Shown here in pieces: positions 48,424 through 57,836 of a stretch of 64,000 nucleotides of DNA; the first letter of the stretch is position 1, and each line of letters begins with the position of its first letter. The stretch is from Granulicella sp. (lineage in GTDB: Bacteria > Acidobacteriota > Terriglobia > Terriglobales > Acidobacteriaceae). The stretch spans positions 27,565 to 91,564 of the forward strand of contig DAHWNL010000070.1 in the NCBI GenBank assembly GCA_027339965.1, written 5' to 3'. Under the pieces are notes generated by a model that saw nothing but the letters and a program-made list of their open reading frames with translations, was not told the origin of the DNA and did not search any database. A program made the translations under genes and the position numbers.

Positions 48424-49088
48424 TCTGATGCCTCATTTCGCCGAAAGTACCGGCTGAGACGTTCACGCAACTGCAGGCGCGCACGCAGCAACCTGGATTT
48501 GACAGCCGGTACGCTCAGCCCGAGCGCCGCGGCTGTCTCTTCCGTAGACAAATTTTCGATGTCACGGAGGGTGAAAACGGTTCGAAAACCTGGGGGAAGC
48601 CCAGCGATGGTCCTGCGCAGGATCTCAGCGAGCTGGGCTTGGGAGTAGTTTTGCTCCGGATTGGGCCGCCACTCGGCAAAATCGCGGGGGATGGAGCCCC
48701 CATCGGTCTCGACGTCCTGATCGATGGAGACGGTCTTGGATGATCTGCGTTTGCGGAGCCGCATCAGGCTCTCATTGACCGCGATGCGCACCAGCCAGGT
48801 GGAGAACTTGGAGTTGCCCTGGAATTGATTCAGTTTCTGGAAGGCTTTGAAGAAGACATCCTGCGTGATATCTTCGGCATCCTCTCGATTTTGGGTAATA
48901 TGCAGAGCGGTACGGAAGATCTGGCGCTCATATTGCATGACGAGCTGCTCAAAGGCTCCTGAGTCGCCGGCCCTGGCCTGTTCGACCAGCATAAGGTCCG
49001 GGCTGACCTCTGGCTGCGGCACAGCGCCAGCGGCAGGGTCGATGGGGTGTTGCGGATCTTTGGCAACGGTGGTCGTCTGGAGCGCCAT
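48420..49088 (-). CDS. ECF sigma-70 factor
   Basis: DAEDITQDVF, FSTWLVRIAVN, LSTEETA..LGLSVPAVKSRLLRAR; GGAGG RBS before ATG 49088. Confidence 0.93.
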   Translation of the reverse strand: MALQTTTVAKDPQHPIDPAAGAVPQPEVSPDLMLVEQARAGDSGAFEQLVMQYERQIFRTALHITQNREDAEDITQDVFFKAFQKLNQFQGNSKFSTWLVRIAVNESLMRLRKRRSSKTVSIDQDVETDGGSIPRDFAEWRPNPEQNYSQAQLAEILRRTIAGLPPGFRTVFTLRDIENLSTEETAAALGLSVPAVKSRLLRARLQLRERLSRYFRRNEASE

Positions 49089-49272
49089 ATGCCTCCAGTT
49101 TACAGGAGCAGAATGGCCGCCAACTTCCGCAAGCCGGTTCTTCTTCCAAGCCGGCTCTTCTAAACAGAAGGCACAGGGTGGCTCTCCTTTCCGCAACCAG
49201 TTATCTCCATTGGTTCGCCCCATCGGAGGGGTGTGCAAACCGCAGGGTTTGAACCGCCTTAAACTGGCCTTG

Positions 49273-51798
49273 ATGGAACTTGGCATGAGCAAGTTGAGTC
49301 GGGGTTGGCTAGCGGTCTCTCTGTTGAGCGGGTGGATCACCTTGGCGGTTTTTACTGCACGGAGTGCGGCGGAAGGATCTGCGCTGGCCACCCAAGCGGC
49401 CAGCGCGGCGGACTCCGCATCTGGATTGCCCCAGAGCTCAACTGCTGATTCTTCTCAAAGTCCATCTTCCCACGCCTCGACCAGCGCGCCGGCCCTGCGC
49501 AGGCGGGGCATTTCCAGATCCACGAAAGGCAAGCCGGCAAGCAGAAAGAGACGCTCTTCCGCGGCTGTGTCCCATGCCGCGCGACGGCCCATCCACAACA
49601 GGCAAGGAAGCAGGCGCAGGGAGCATCTGCGTCCGCCCGGGCCTACGCCAAAGAGCCGCAGGCTGCACCGCGCCTTTCTTGCCTCGGCCGAGCTGCGCCC
49701 CATGGCGCAGCAGTTGATGATGGATCCCACCCCCGCAGCGATCGCCGGCGTGGAGCACTATGCGGCCTCACACCGGGGAGAAGCGGCAGCCTCGGCCGAG
49801 CTGGCCGTTGGGCATGCTTGGATGGTGAACCAGCGCTATGTCCTGGCCGAAGATGCTTTTCGCAAGGCGAGTCTGGATGGAGCGGCGCTTCAGGATTATG
49901 CAGAGTTCCTGGAGGCGCAAGCCGCCGTCGCGGCACACCGTACCCAGGATGCAATTCCGTTGCTGGCCGGCTTTGCGGCTCGCCACCCCGATAGCATCTT
50001 CGACCAGCAAGCTCCTATTCTGTTAGCCAAGGCTTATCTGACCGGCGGTGGCGCTCCAGGGGCGATCCGAGTGTTGCAGCCCCTCTCCGCAGGCGCTACT
50101 GGCCGGCTGGTCAAGTTTCGCATGACTTTGGCCAAGGCATATCAGGCCAATGGCCAATTGCAGCAGGCTGCAGCCCTCTATCGAGGCATCTTTCTGGGGG
50201 ACCCGCTCAGCCCTGAGGCCGCCGATGCCAGGACACAGATGGCGCTGATGAACGCTCCGTTCTCCCCCGCCGAGCGCAAAGAGCACGCGGATGCGCTGTT
50301 CAACGCCGGACGATATGAGCAAGCGGAGACGGAGTACAAGCAACTGCAAAGCAACGGCGCGGGACTGAGCCAGTCCGATCGCGATGCTCTGGACATCTAC
50401 ATCGCAGTCTGCGACCTGCGCCTGAGAAGGCTTACTCCAAGCCGGGTGGAACGTCTGCCGGTTACCGGGGATGACAGTGCGGCTTTGAAGATCTATCTTG
50501 AGTCCGAGTTGGCCCGGGGAGATGGGAATACCGCGCAGCAGGACGCTCTGGTGCAGTTATTGGAGTCGCAATATCCCCATAGCCGCTGGCTGGAAGAGGC
50601 CCTTCACTCCGGCGGAAACATGTTCCTGCTGCATCAGCAGGATCTTCAGGCGATCCAGGATGACCTTACGCTGCTGCAGCGATTTCCTAATAGCATCTAT
50701 GCTCCCAGCGCTCACTGGCAAGCAGCTTGGCTGAGCTACCTTCTGCACCGCTATAACGATGCGGGTCGGCTGATGGATGAGCAGATCATGCATTATCCGG
50801 CAGCCCCCCAGGCGGTAGCGGCCTTGTACTGGAGAGGCCGTCTGTACGAAGAGGTGGAGCACGACCCCGGCCAGGCGTTGAACTACTTCAAAAGGCTGAG
50901 CGCTTGCTATGTGAACAGCTACTACGCGCTTCTTGCCAAAGAACGAATTCAGCGGCTGGCTGTTGCGGCGGGCGCGCAGAGAACGCAGGCAGCTCCAGCA
51001 CCTGCTCTGGCCTATGTCCGTGTGGTGGATCGTCCGGATCTGACGGACGCTCTCCCAGAGAATGATCCGCATCTGATCAAAGCAAGACTGCTGGCAAATG
51101 CGGCATTAAATGAGTACATCCGGCCGGAGATACAGCTTAGCTCAACCTCCGCCCAATGGGGAACCTTGGCGGAGGCGGAGATCTACGCCAGTTTTGGCGA
51201 AAGCGATCAGGCCCTGCGAGCGATGAAGCGAAGTGGTATTCCTTTCTTCTTTCTTCCGGTGCAGGACGTTCCGATGATCTACTGGCACCTCCTTTTGCCG
51301 CGGCCGTTTTGGACGACGCTGCAGAGCGATGCGATTGCCGAAGGTCTGGATCCTTACCTTGTGGCTGCTCTGATCCGTCAGGAGTCGGAGTTCAACCCGG
51401 ATGCGGTCAGTCCCATGAAGGCTTACGGCCTCATGCAGTTGCTTCCATCTGTAGGCAGATCCCTGGCCAGAAAAGACGGCGAGCGTCGCTTTTCGACGAG
51501 CGAACTTCTGAATCCGGATATCAATTTGAAGCTGGGGACACAGGATCTGCGCCGCTCGATCAACGAGTACGGAGGACAGATTGAATACGCTCTGGCTGCG
51601 TATGATGCGGGAGACACTCCCGTGCGCCGCTGGATTGCGCTGGGCAACTACCACGATGTCGCTGAATGGGTAGAGTCGATTCCCTACAGTGAGACACGGA
51701 ACTACGTCGAGGCCATTGTGCGCAACCGCGCTCTCTACCGCCAAGTTTACGATGCTACTGAGCAGAACTCTTCCGTCGTGGTGGATCCTCGTCGCTAA
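49273..51798 (+). CDS. Soluble lytic transglycosylase (TPR superhelix + SLT domain)
   Basis: LIRQESEFNPDAVS, AYGLMQLLP, ALAAYDAG, IPYSETRNYV; start 49273 or 49285. Confidence 0.9.
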   Translation: MELGMSKLSRGWLAVSLLSGWITLAVFTARSAAEGSALATQAASAADSASGLPQSSTADSSQSPSSHASTSAPALRRRGISRSTKGKPASRKRRSSAAVSHAARRPIHNRQGSRRREHLRPPGPTPKSRRLHRAFLASAELRPMAQQLMMDPTPAAIAGVEHYAASHRGEAAASAELAVGHAWMVNQRYVLAEDAFRKASLDGAALQDYAEFLEAQAAVAAHRTQDAIPLLAGFAARHPDSIFDQQAPILLAKAYLTGGGAPGAIRVLQPLSAGATGRLVKFRMTLAKAYQANGQLQQAAALYRGIFLGDPLSPEAADARTQMALMNAPFSPAERKEHADALFNAGRYEQAETEYKQLQSNGAGLSQSDRDALDIYIAVCDLRLRRLTPSRVERLPVTGDDSAALKIYLESELARGDGNTAQQDALVQLLESQYPHSRWLEEALHSGGNMFLLHQQDLQAIQDDLTLLQRFPNSIYAPSAHWQAAWLSYLLHRYNDAGRLMDEQIMHYPAAPQAVAALYWRGRLYEEVEHDPGQALNYFKRLSACYVNSYYALLAKERIQRLAVAAGAQRTQAAPAPALAYVRVVDRPDLTDALPENDPHLIKARLLANAALNEYIRPEIQLSSTSAQWGTLAEAEIYASFGESDQALRAMKRSGIPFFFLPVQDVPMIYWHLLLPRPFWTTLQSDAIAEGLDPYLVAALIRQESEFNPDAVSPMKAYGLMQLLPSVGRSLARKDGERRFSTSELLNPDINLKLGTQDLRRSINEYGGQIEYALAAYDAGDTPVRRWIALGNYHDVAEWVESIPYSETRNYVEAIVRNRALYRQVYDATEQNSSVVVDPRR

Positions 51799-52088
51799 AG
51801 AGCGGCCGTTGCCGCTTCCCGCTCAGCCCTCGTGACGTAGGAGCCACACCCCTGCACGAACGCAGGCGTCACGCCTTTACCCATCCTCAACCCTCGTGGC
51901 GCAGCGCCAGCCTGGCTGCAGGCTCCAGATTTCTTGTCTTGCGTTCGACCGCCAGCGTGTTTGGCCGCCTGGACCAAGCCGTCCAGGTAGACTTGCAGCT
52001 GCTCCGGCATAGGCAAGGGGTCTGGCTTCTGGCGATGCCTCATCGCGCTCAACCTAACGCCGCGCCACCAACAACACCAGGAAAATCA

Positions 52089-52268
52089 TTAAGAAGGTAT
52101 CCACTGCTTAACACGGTCATAGTAGGTTTCGGCGTCCAGAAAACTGGTCATTTCCGCTTCCAATATCTGCTGCACCTCCCGCTGGAGAAGTTGGCGGAGA
52201 AAGTTCTTGCCGCCGATGCCGCCTTGCCATCCTGACAATATCTGAATACCCTGTCCTTTGCGAGCCAT
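52089..52268 (-). pseudogene. IS256-type transposase N-terminal fragment
   Basis: Manual translation MARKGQG...FLRQLLQREVQQILEAEMTSFLDAE (LEAEM motif) stops after 59 aa; AAGGAGG RBS. Confidence 0.55.
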
Positions 52269-52411
52269 TCGTTCCTCCTTGGAAATGTCGTCTCGTTAAC
52301 AACATCCTAAGGAATCGGATCGGTGGCTCGCTTCAGCTCACCGGAAAACCGCTTCTGCAGAGCTTTACGGACTCAATCTTAGACGCCTCTTGCCGCTCAT
52401 TGTTTAGTAAG

Positions 52412-53875
52412 TTAATGACTCATGACACTAGCACGACCACGCACCTCAGAAATGTCGTGGAGATTGGTTTTGAGAAGGAACTTCACTTGGCTTATGCTAG
52501 GATCCGCAGCCAGGTTCCGCTGCTCCATAGGATCGGTTCGATAGTCATACAATTCCTCTCCAGCTTTCCCGTCTTGCCACGATGTGTAACGGTATCGCTC
52601 ATTACGGATGGAGTATCCCATGAGACTAGGATTTTGATGCGTGGCGTACCGCTGCACCTGGCTCACCGCCGGCTTGCTCCACAGCCCCCCGGGATCGCGG
52701 AGCAGTCGGGAAAGGCTTTCTCCCTGAAGGTTGTGAGGTTCTCCTGCCAACCCACAGATCTCGGCGATGGTTGGATATAGATCAAGAAGCTCGATGGTTC
52801 GATGACATGTACCCCCTCTTATGGGAACTCCGGCCCCCGCAAAAATGACTGGTACTCTCGTTGCACCTTCAAAGAGAGTCTGCTTCATCCATTGCTCGTG
52901 CTCTCCCAGCAGCCATCCATGATCGGACCAAAAGACGACGAGTGTATTTTCGGCCAGACCGAGCGTTTCCAAAGCATTGAGAACCCGGCCCACCTGCGCA
53001 TCCATGAAGGTGGTGGAAGCGTGGTAAGCCTGGATTGCCTGCCTCTGCTGTAAGTCATCCATGCCAAAGTTTGGAGGATATGTCCAATACGCAGGAGGCG
53101 GGGCAATTTGTGTTTCTCCGGGATGGCGCGGTACGGCTCGAATTCGATCCAGAGGATGACGCTCGAAATATGCTTCGGGAACAATCCAGGGCACATGAGG
53201 TCGATAGAGCCCGTATGCAATGAAAAATGGCTCCGTGCGATACTGCCGCAACAGTTGAATGACGTGATCTGCGCCGATTCCGTCCGTCATTTCATGATCC
53301 GTTGCCTTCGAGCGATAGAAAGCAATCGCGCTACCCAGACCTCGCGTTGGAGTGAAATCGGTAAGAAACTTTTCCTCCTCAGTATGATCGACGCCGTTCG
53401 GATCGTAGGTCCAGTCCCAGGTCTCCGGATCATCCAGCCCGTCGGTTCCTATTTGCTCCGGATTGGCATAGTGATAAATCTTGCCCACGCGTGCAGAAAA
53501 ATAACCGCTTTCGCGGAACAACTGCCCAATCGTTACCACATTGGGCAGAGCTTGACGAAAATGAGTCTTCAAATCGTAAACGCGAGTTGTATCCGGAGCG
53601 AGACCGGTCATCAACGAACTTCGTGAAGGACTGCACCATGGATATTGACAGTACGCCGCATCGAAGCGCACGCCCTTTCCTGCAAGCCGGTCCAGATTTG
53701 GCGTATGCGCAAGCGGATGGCCATAGCAGCCTAAGGACGCATTTTGATCATCGGTAGCGATGAAGAGCACATTCTTGCGGCGCTGCCCATTGGCAAGCGC
53801 CTGAGAAGGGATTGCAGTGGCCATAGCGGCACATGCGCCACTCTGTAGGAAAGTCCGGCGAGATAATTGTGGCAT
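52412..53875 (-). CDS. Tat-exported sulfatase (iduronate-2-sulfatase-like)
   Basis: SRRTFL Tat motif; NVLFIATDD; CSPSRSSLMTG (CxPxR); GKIYH; RPHVP; SDHG. Confidence 0.9.
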   Translation of the reverse strand: MPQLSRRTFLQSGACAAMATAIPSQALANGQRRKNVLFIATDDQNASLGCYGHPLAHTPNLDRLAGKGVRFDAAYCQYPWCSPSRSSLMTGLAPDTTRVYDLKTHFRQALPNVVTIGQLFRESGYFSARVGKIYHYANPEQIGTDGLDDPETWDWTYDPNGVDHTEEEKFLTDFTPTRGLGSAIAFYRSKATDHEMTDGIGADHVIQLLRQYRTEPFFIAYGLYRPHVPWIVPEAYFERHPLDRIRAVPRHPGETQIAPPPAYWTYPPNFGMDDLQQRQAIQAYHASTTFMDAQVGRVLNALETLGLAENTLVVFWSDHGWLLGEHEQWMKQTLFEGATRVPVIFAGAGVPIRGGTCHRTIELLDLYPTIAEICGLAGEPHNLQGESLSRLLRDPGGLWSKPAVSQVQRYATHQNPSLMGYSIRNERYRYTSWQDGKAGEELYDYRTDPMEQRNLAADPSISQVKFLLKTNLHDISEVRGRASVMSH

Positions 53876-54401
53876 TTGGAATATCCTTTGGAAAGAGAAT
53901 TTCCCTCTGTAGGAGGATGTCCCGCGTGTAGTTGAAAGTGGCGGGCGGCGGATAGGTTGATGTTACTACCCCGCTTTTTGGCTGGCGGTCGCAGACGGGT
54001 CGAGGACCGTTTCCAGGGCCCAGAGATCGCGATAGCCCATGATCTTGTTGAAATGCTTCTCGGTTCGGAGAAACGCCGAGGCCATCCAGCGCAGAACTAG
54101 CTTGCCGTTCTGCCTGTGGTAACGCGGCGGGTCTGGATGCGCACGCCAGCGTGCGGGCTCTGGATGATGTTGGTCGTCGCCAGGCAACGATGCAGAGAAG
54201 GCGGCAAAACCAGCCGGTTGATGGTAAAGCATTCCTGCCGGCCTTCGATCAGGCTTGCCGCTGCCGAGGGATATTGTGGGTCCAGCCATGCGGCCAGCTT
54301 CTTGAGGCGCGCCAAGCCCTCTTTCGGTCCCAGCTTCCAGGCCGCGCGCAGCACGCACTTGGTCTGAGCTGCTGGTCCCTGGGCAGATAATCGAGCACAT
54401 T

Positions 54402-54438
54402 CCATCCCACGGACAAAGACCCGTCCGTGGGGACCCGG
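54402..54438. mobile_element. 37-bp hairpin insertion element, copy 1
   Basis: CCATCCCACGGACAAAGACCCGTCCGTGGGGACCCGG flanked by CATT on both sides; removing it restores HKLRNVLDYLP. Confidence 0.8.
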
Positions 54439-54617
54439 CATTGCGCAGCTTGTGGGCGCTGCACCGGCTGCTGAGCGCCGAAGACTGCGTTGATCGCTGC
54501 TTTGAGCGCGTTTGAGCCGTCGATGACGAACAACATCTTGCGCTTCGGGTCGACACCGCCCGAGACGATGTCTCTAAACCGTTCGGTGATCACCGTGTAG
54601 TTCTCCGTGGCTCCTTC

Positions 54618-54656
54618 CCACCCCGGCGACGAAGACCTGTCGCCGGGGACCCCAGT
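54618..54656. mobile_element. 39-bp hairpin insertion element, copy 2
   Basis: CCACCCCGGCGACGAAGACCTGTCGCCGGGGACCCCAGT flanked by CTTC on both sides; removing it restores KHVLGIGEGATEN. Confidence 0.8.
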
Positions 54657-55432
54657 CTTCGCCGATGCCCAGCACATGCTTGTTGCTCTCCGCATCTACG
54701 CCCACCGCGCCGATCATGGCGTAGTCGCCGAAGACGAGTCCGTCGATGTAGATCACCAGCAGCTTCAGGTCGTCGAAACGCCGCGACAGCAGCGCTTCCA
54801 CCTCCGCTTCCGAAGCTTCGGTCACCTGGCGACCGACGGCGGAACGCGAAACTCCCACCGTCTCGACCATCGCCGGAATGACTTCCTCGTAGTTGCGCGT
54901 AGAGACGCCGCGCATCAGAATCTCCAGTATCCGCGCTCCCATGGCTCCGCGGTTTTGCATGGCGGCATAAGCGGGGACTTCGACCTCCTGGCTCACGGCT
55001 CCCTTCTTGCGCGAGCGTGGCCGGGCTACTTCCAGCTTGCGATCGCTCAGAAACACCTGCCCTCGCTGACGGCCATAGAAAACTACCTCTGAGTTGCGCC
55101 GTCGCCTTGCTGCGGTGGACCTCCCGCAGCCTCAATCGCCGACACTTGCAATACGGTCTGGATGGCCGACCGACCGGTCACTTCGATCAGCTCGTCGCAG
55201 GCCAGCCGGCATTGCGCCATCATCCACCACGGGCAGAGGAGCCTGCCCGTACTTGACCAGGAAGTTGGTCAGCTCTCGTTCGATGCATTTCCCTTGCTTA
55301 CAGATGGTGCGATAAGCTCTTTTCTCGGCGGTTCTCCTTGTAAAAGGTTCGCGACCCGATTCTTTCTGAACCGGGTCGAACCGCCGCTCAACTTTCAACG
55401 AAATCGGGGACACCCTAGGAGGATCTATATCC

Positions 55433-57316
55433 ATGCTAACCAGGAGGTCGTTTCTTGGAGCGTTTCCAGCTCTTTATACCTTGACCAAGTGTGACACGAT
55501 TGGGCAACCAGCCTCTACGGGCAACCGCGCCTATCATGTCAGCAAGCAGGGGAACGATCGGAATGACGGATCACCATCTCGTCCTTTGCTCACCATCTCC
55601 GCTGCGGCTGCTCTGGCACAGCCTGGAGATGTCATCACCGTGCACGCGGGCATCTATCGCGAACGCGTCACGCCACCCCGCGGAGGAACATCCGATGCAA
55701 GGCGGATCGTGTATCAGGCTGCTCCCGGTGAACGGGTCAAGATCACCGGGGCGGAGTCGGTCAAAAACTGGACTAGGGTGAATCAGATTGTTTGGAAAAT
55801 CGTCCTGCCGAACAGTTTCTTCGGTCACTTTAATCCTTACAGCGACGTCATCCATGGAGACTGGTTCGACCCCAAAGGACGAAAGCATCACAGCGGGGCC
55901 GTTTATCTCAACGGTGACTGGTTCGTCGAAGCGGCAACTCTCGACGATATTTTTAAGACAGTCGGAGAAACGCCACTCTGGTTCGGACAAGTCGATGATA
56001 ACTTCACCACTATTTGGTCCCAGTTCAAGGGTAGCGATCCGAACAGTGAGGACGTAGAGATCAATACAAGACAGACAGTATTTTATCCTGACAAAACCGG
56101 CATCAACTATCTCACGGTCCGCGGCTTCATCCTCAGTCAGGCCGCCACTCCATGGGCGCCTCCCACAGCCGAGCAGATCGGTATCATCGGAACCCACTGG
56201 AGCAAAGGTTGGATCATCGAAAACAACGTTGTCAGCTACTCCACCTGCTCCGGTATAGCTCTTGGAAAATATGGCGATCGCTGGGATAATACCTCAGGAA
56301 ATTCAGCCAAAGGCTACGTCAGGACTATCGAGCGTGCAACGCAGGCTGGTTGGTCCAAAGAAAACGTTGGCCATCATCTGGTCCAGAACAATACCGTCTC
56401 GCATTGCGAGCAGGCAGGCATCGTAGGCAGCCTTGGGGCCGTATTCTGCGTAGTCACTCGCAATACCATTCACGACATTCACGTCCGGCGTCTCTTCTCA
56501 GGCTCTGAAATGGCAGGCATCAAATTTCACGCTGCTATCGACACGGAGATTAGCCGTAACCACATTCATCGAACCTGCCTCGGCCTTTGGCTTGACTGGA
56601 TGGCGCAGGGTACCCACGTCTACGGGAATTTGTTTCACGACAATCTGAAAGAGGACCTGATGGTCGAGGTCGACCACGGTCCCTTCGTCGTCGACAACAA
56701 CATCTTCCTTTCCGGCACTTCGCAGCGCATCCTCTCGCAAGGCGGAGCCTACCTGCACAATCTTTTTTGTGGCGGTATCAATCTCACTCAGTTTGACGGC
56801 AGGATGACTCCTTACATGAAGCCTCACTCCACCCAGGTGGCCGGATACCACAATAATCCCAGTGGCGACATGCGTTTCTACAACAACATCTTCGCGCAGA
56901 ACGGTGACCTCACGCCGTACAACGAAGCGTACCTGCCCATGTATTGTGACGGCAACGTCTTTTTGAAGGGAACGCAGCCATGCTCCAAGGAAGCATCACC
57001 GCTCCTGCAACCTGAATTCAATCCATCCATCCAACTAGTCGAATCCGCCAACAGTCTTGATCTCGAAATCAATCTCGACAGCGCGTGGCTCACCGCGAAA
57101 CATCGCCGCCTGGTTACGACTGCCCTGCTGGGCAAAGCCATTATCCCTGACCTTCCCTTTGAACGCGCCGACGGAGCATCTCTCAGCATCGACGCCGACT
57201 ACACAGGCCGCCGACGCAACCCGTTGAACCCATTCCCCGGTCCCTTCGAATCTCCCGGTGGAGGCCGGCAAACAATCAAAGTCTGGCCCGCAATACGAAA
57301 TCCGAAATCCGAGTAA
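55433..57316 (+). CDS. Tat-exported beta-helix glycoside hydrolase, GH120 beta-xylosidase-like
   Basis: TRRSFL; TISAAAALAQPGDVITVHAGIYRE; WAPPTAEQIG; HWSKGWIIENN; GIKFHAAID; WLDWMAQG. Confidence 0.8.
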   Translation: MLTRRSFLGAFPALYTLTKCDTIGQPASTGNRAYHVSKQGNDRNDGSPSRPLLTISAAAALAQPGDVITVHAGIYRERVTPPRGGTSDARRIVYQAAPGERVKITGAESVKNWTRVNQIVWKIVLPNSFFGHFNPYSDVIHGDWFDPKGRKHHSGAVYLNGDWFVEAATLDDIFKTVGETPLWFGQVDDNFTTIWSQFKGSDPNSEDVEINTRQTVFYPDKTGINYLTVRGFILSQAATPWAPPTAEQIGIIGTHWSKGWIIENNVVSYSTCSGIALGKYGDRWDNTSGNSAKGYVRTIERATQAGWSKENVGHHLVQNNTVSHCEQAGIVGSLGAVFCVVTRNTIHDIHVRRLFSGSEMAGIKFHAAIDTEISRNHIHRTCLGLWLDWMAQGTHVYGNLFHDNLKEDLMVEVDHGPFVVDNNIFLSGTSQRILSQGGAYLHNLFCGGINLTQFDGRMTPYMKPHSTQVAGYHNNPSGDMRFYNNIFAQNGDLTPYNEAYLPMYCDGNVFLKGTQPCSKEASPLLQPEFNPSIQLVESANSLDLEINLDSAWLTAKHRRLVTTALLGKAIIPDLPFERADGASLSIDADYTGRRRNPLNPFPGPFESPGGGRQTIKVWPAIRNPKSE

Positions 57317-57499
57317 CAGAATTCCGGCAGCTCAAGGTAACCGGCACAACCGGACGGCCCTCCTCCGCAGCACCTGTTGCCTTCCTCCGCTGAGCCCTTC
57401 GACCTGGCCGAAGTCAACTATCTGCGCGTCGACTAGCCGGGTTGCGCGAAGGTCAAGCGCGTGGTCTGGGCTGTTCTTATGTGTAAGGGCAGGAGTTGT

Positions 57500-57836
57500 G
57501 CATGCACATAAACTTATACGGAAGCAACGGGGTCTATTGGATGCCTGTCTGGGTGGTGCTGCAGAATGAATTCGAACAGATGCTGGTCAACTCTCAACAT
57601 CAAGGCGGTTCCGGGGCGAAGGACCGATACCAGGGACTGCGAGTGGAGCCGTCCTGCTGCAACACGGTCTGCGCAAAGGCAGCTTGGTTCCACCGACGCC
57701 CATTCAGGGGTTGCTCGACCGAACCCGGTATCGGCCGTAGTTGAGGAAGAGACAGGGGCGGCCCGCCAACCGCATTCAAAGGATGGAGCAAGCGAATCAA
57801 GTGGTCCGCAATGCTCGGATGTGCAGACGCTACTAG
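57500..57836 (+). pseudogene. IS110-family transposase remnant
   Basis: SNGVYWMPVW...LVNSQH and, in another frame, IKAVPGRRTDTRDCEW (IS110 STGxYW and KTDxxD motifs). Boundaries approximate. Confidence 0.7.

Larger units (their letters stand above)
53916..55415 (-). mobile_element. Degenerate IS256-family element with multiply frameshifted transposase
   Basis: Fragments ILMRGVSTRNY, VIYIDG, KHVLG.EGATEN, FVIDGSNAL, LATTNII; imperfect terminal IRs GATGTCCCG..GTTGAAAGT / ACTTTCAAC..GGGACACC; TAGGAG on both flanks. Confidence 0.85.

Noticed and set aside
48847..49272. N-terminal extensions of the slt ORF and the ECF sigma ORF given by the track
   Set aside because: They overlap each other divergently; the RBS and signal peptide support starts at 49088 (minus) and 49273 or 49285 (plus).
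51795..52052. 85-aa ORF with YLDGLVQAAKHA, faintly like an IS701 transposase N-terminus
   Set aside because: Similarity is too short to support by eye.
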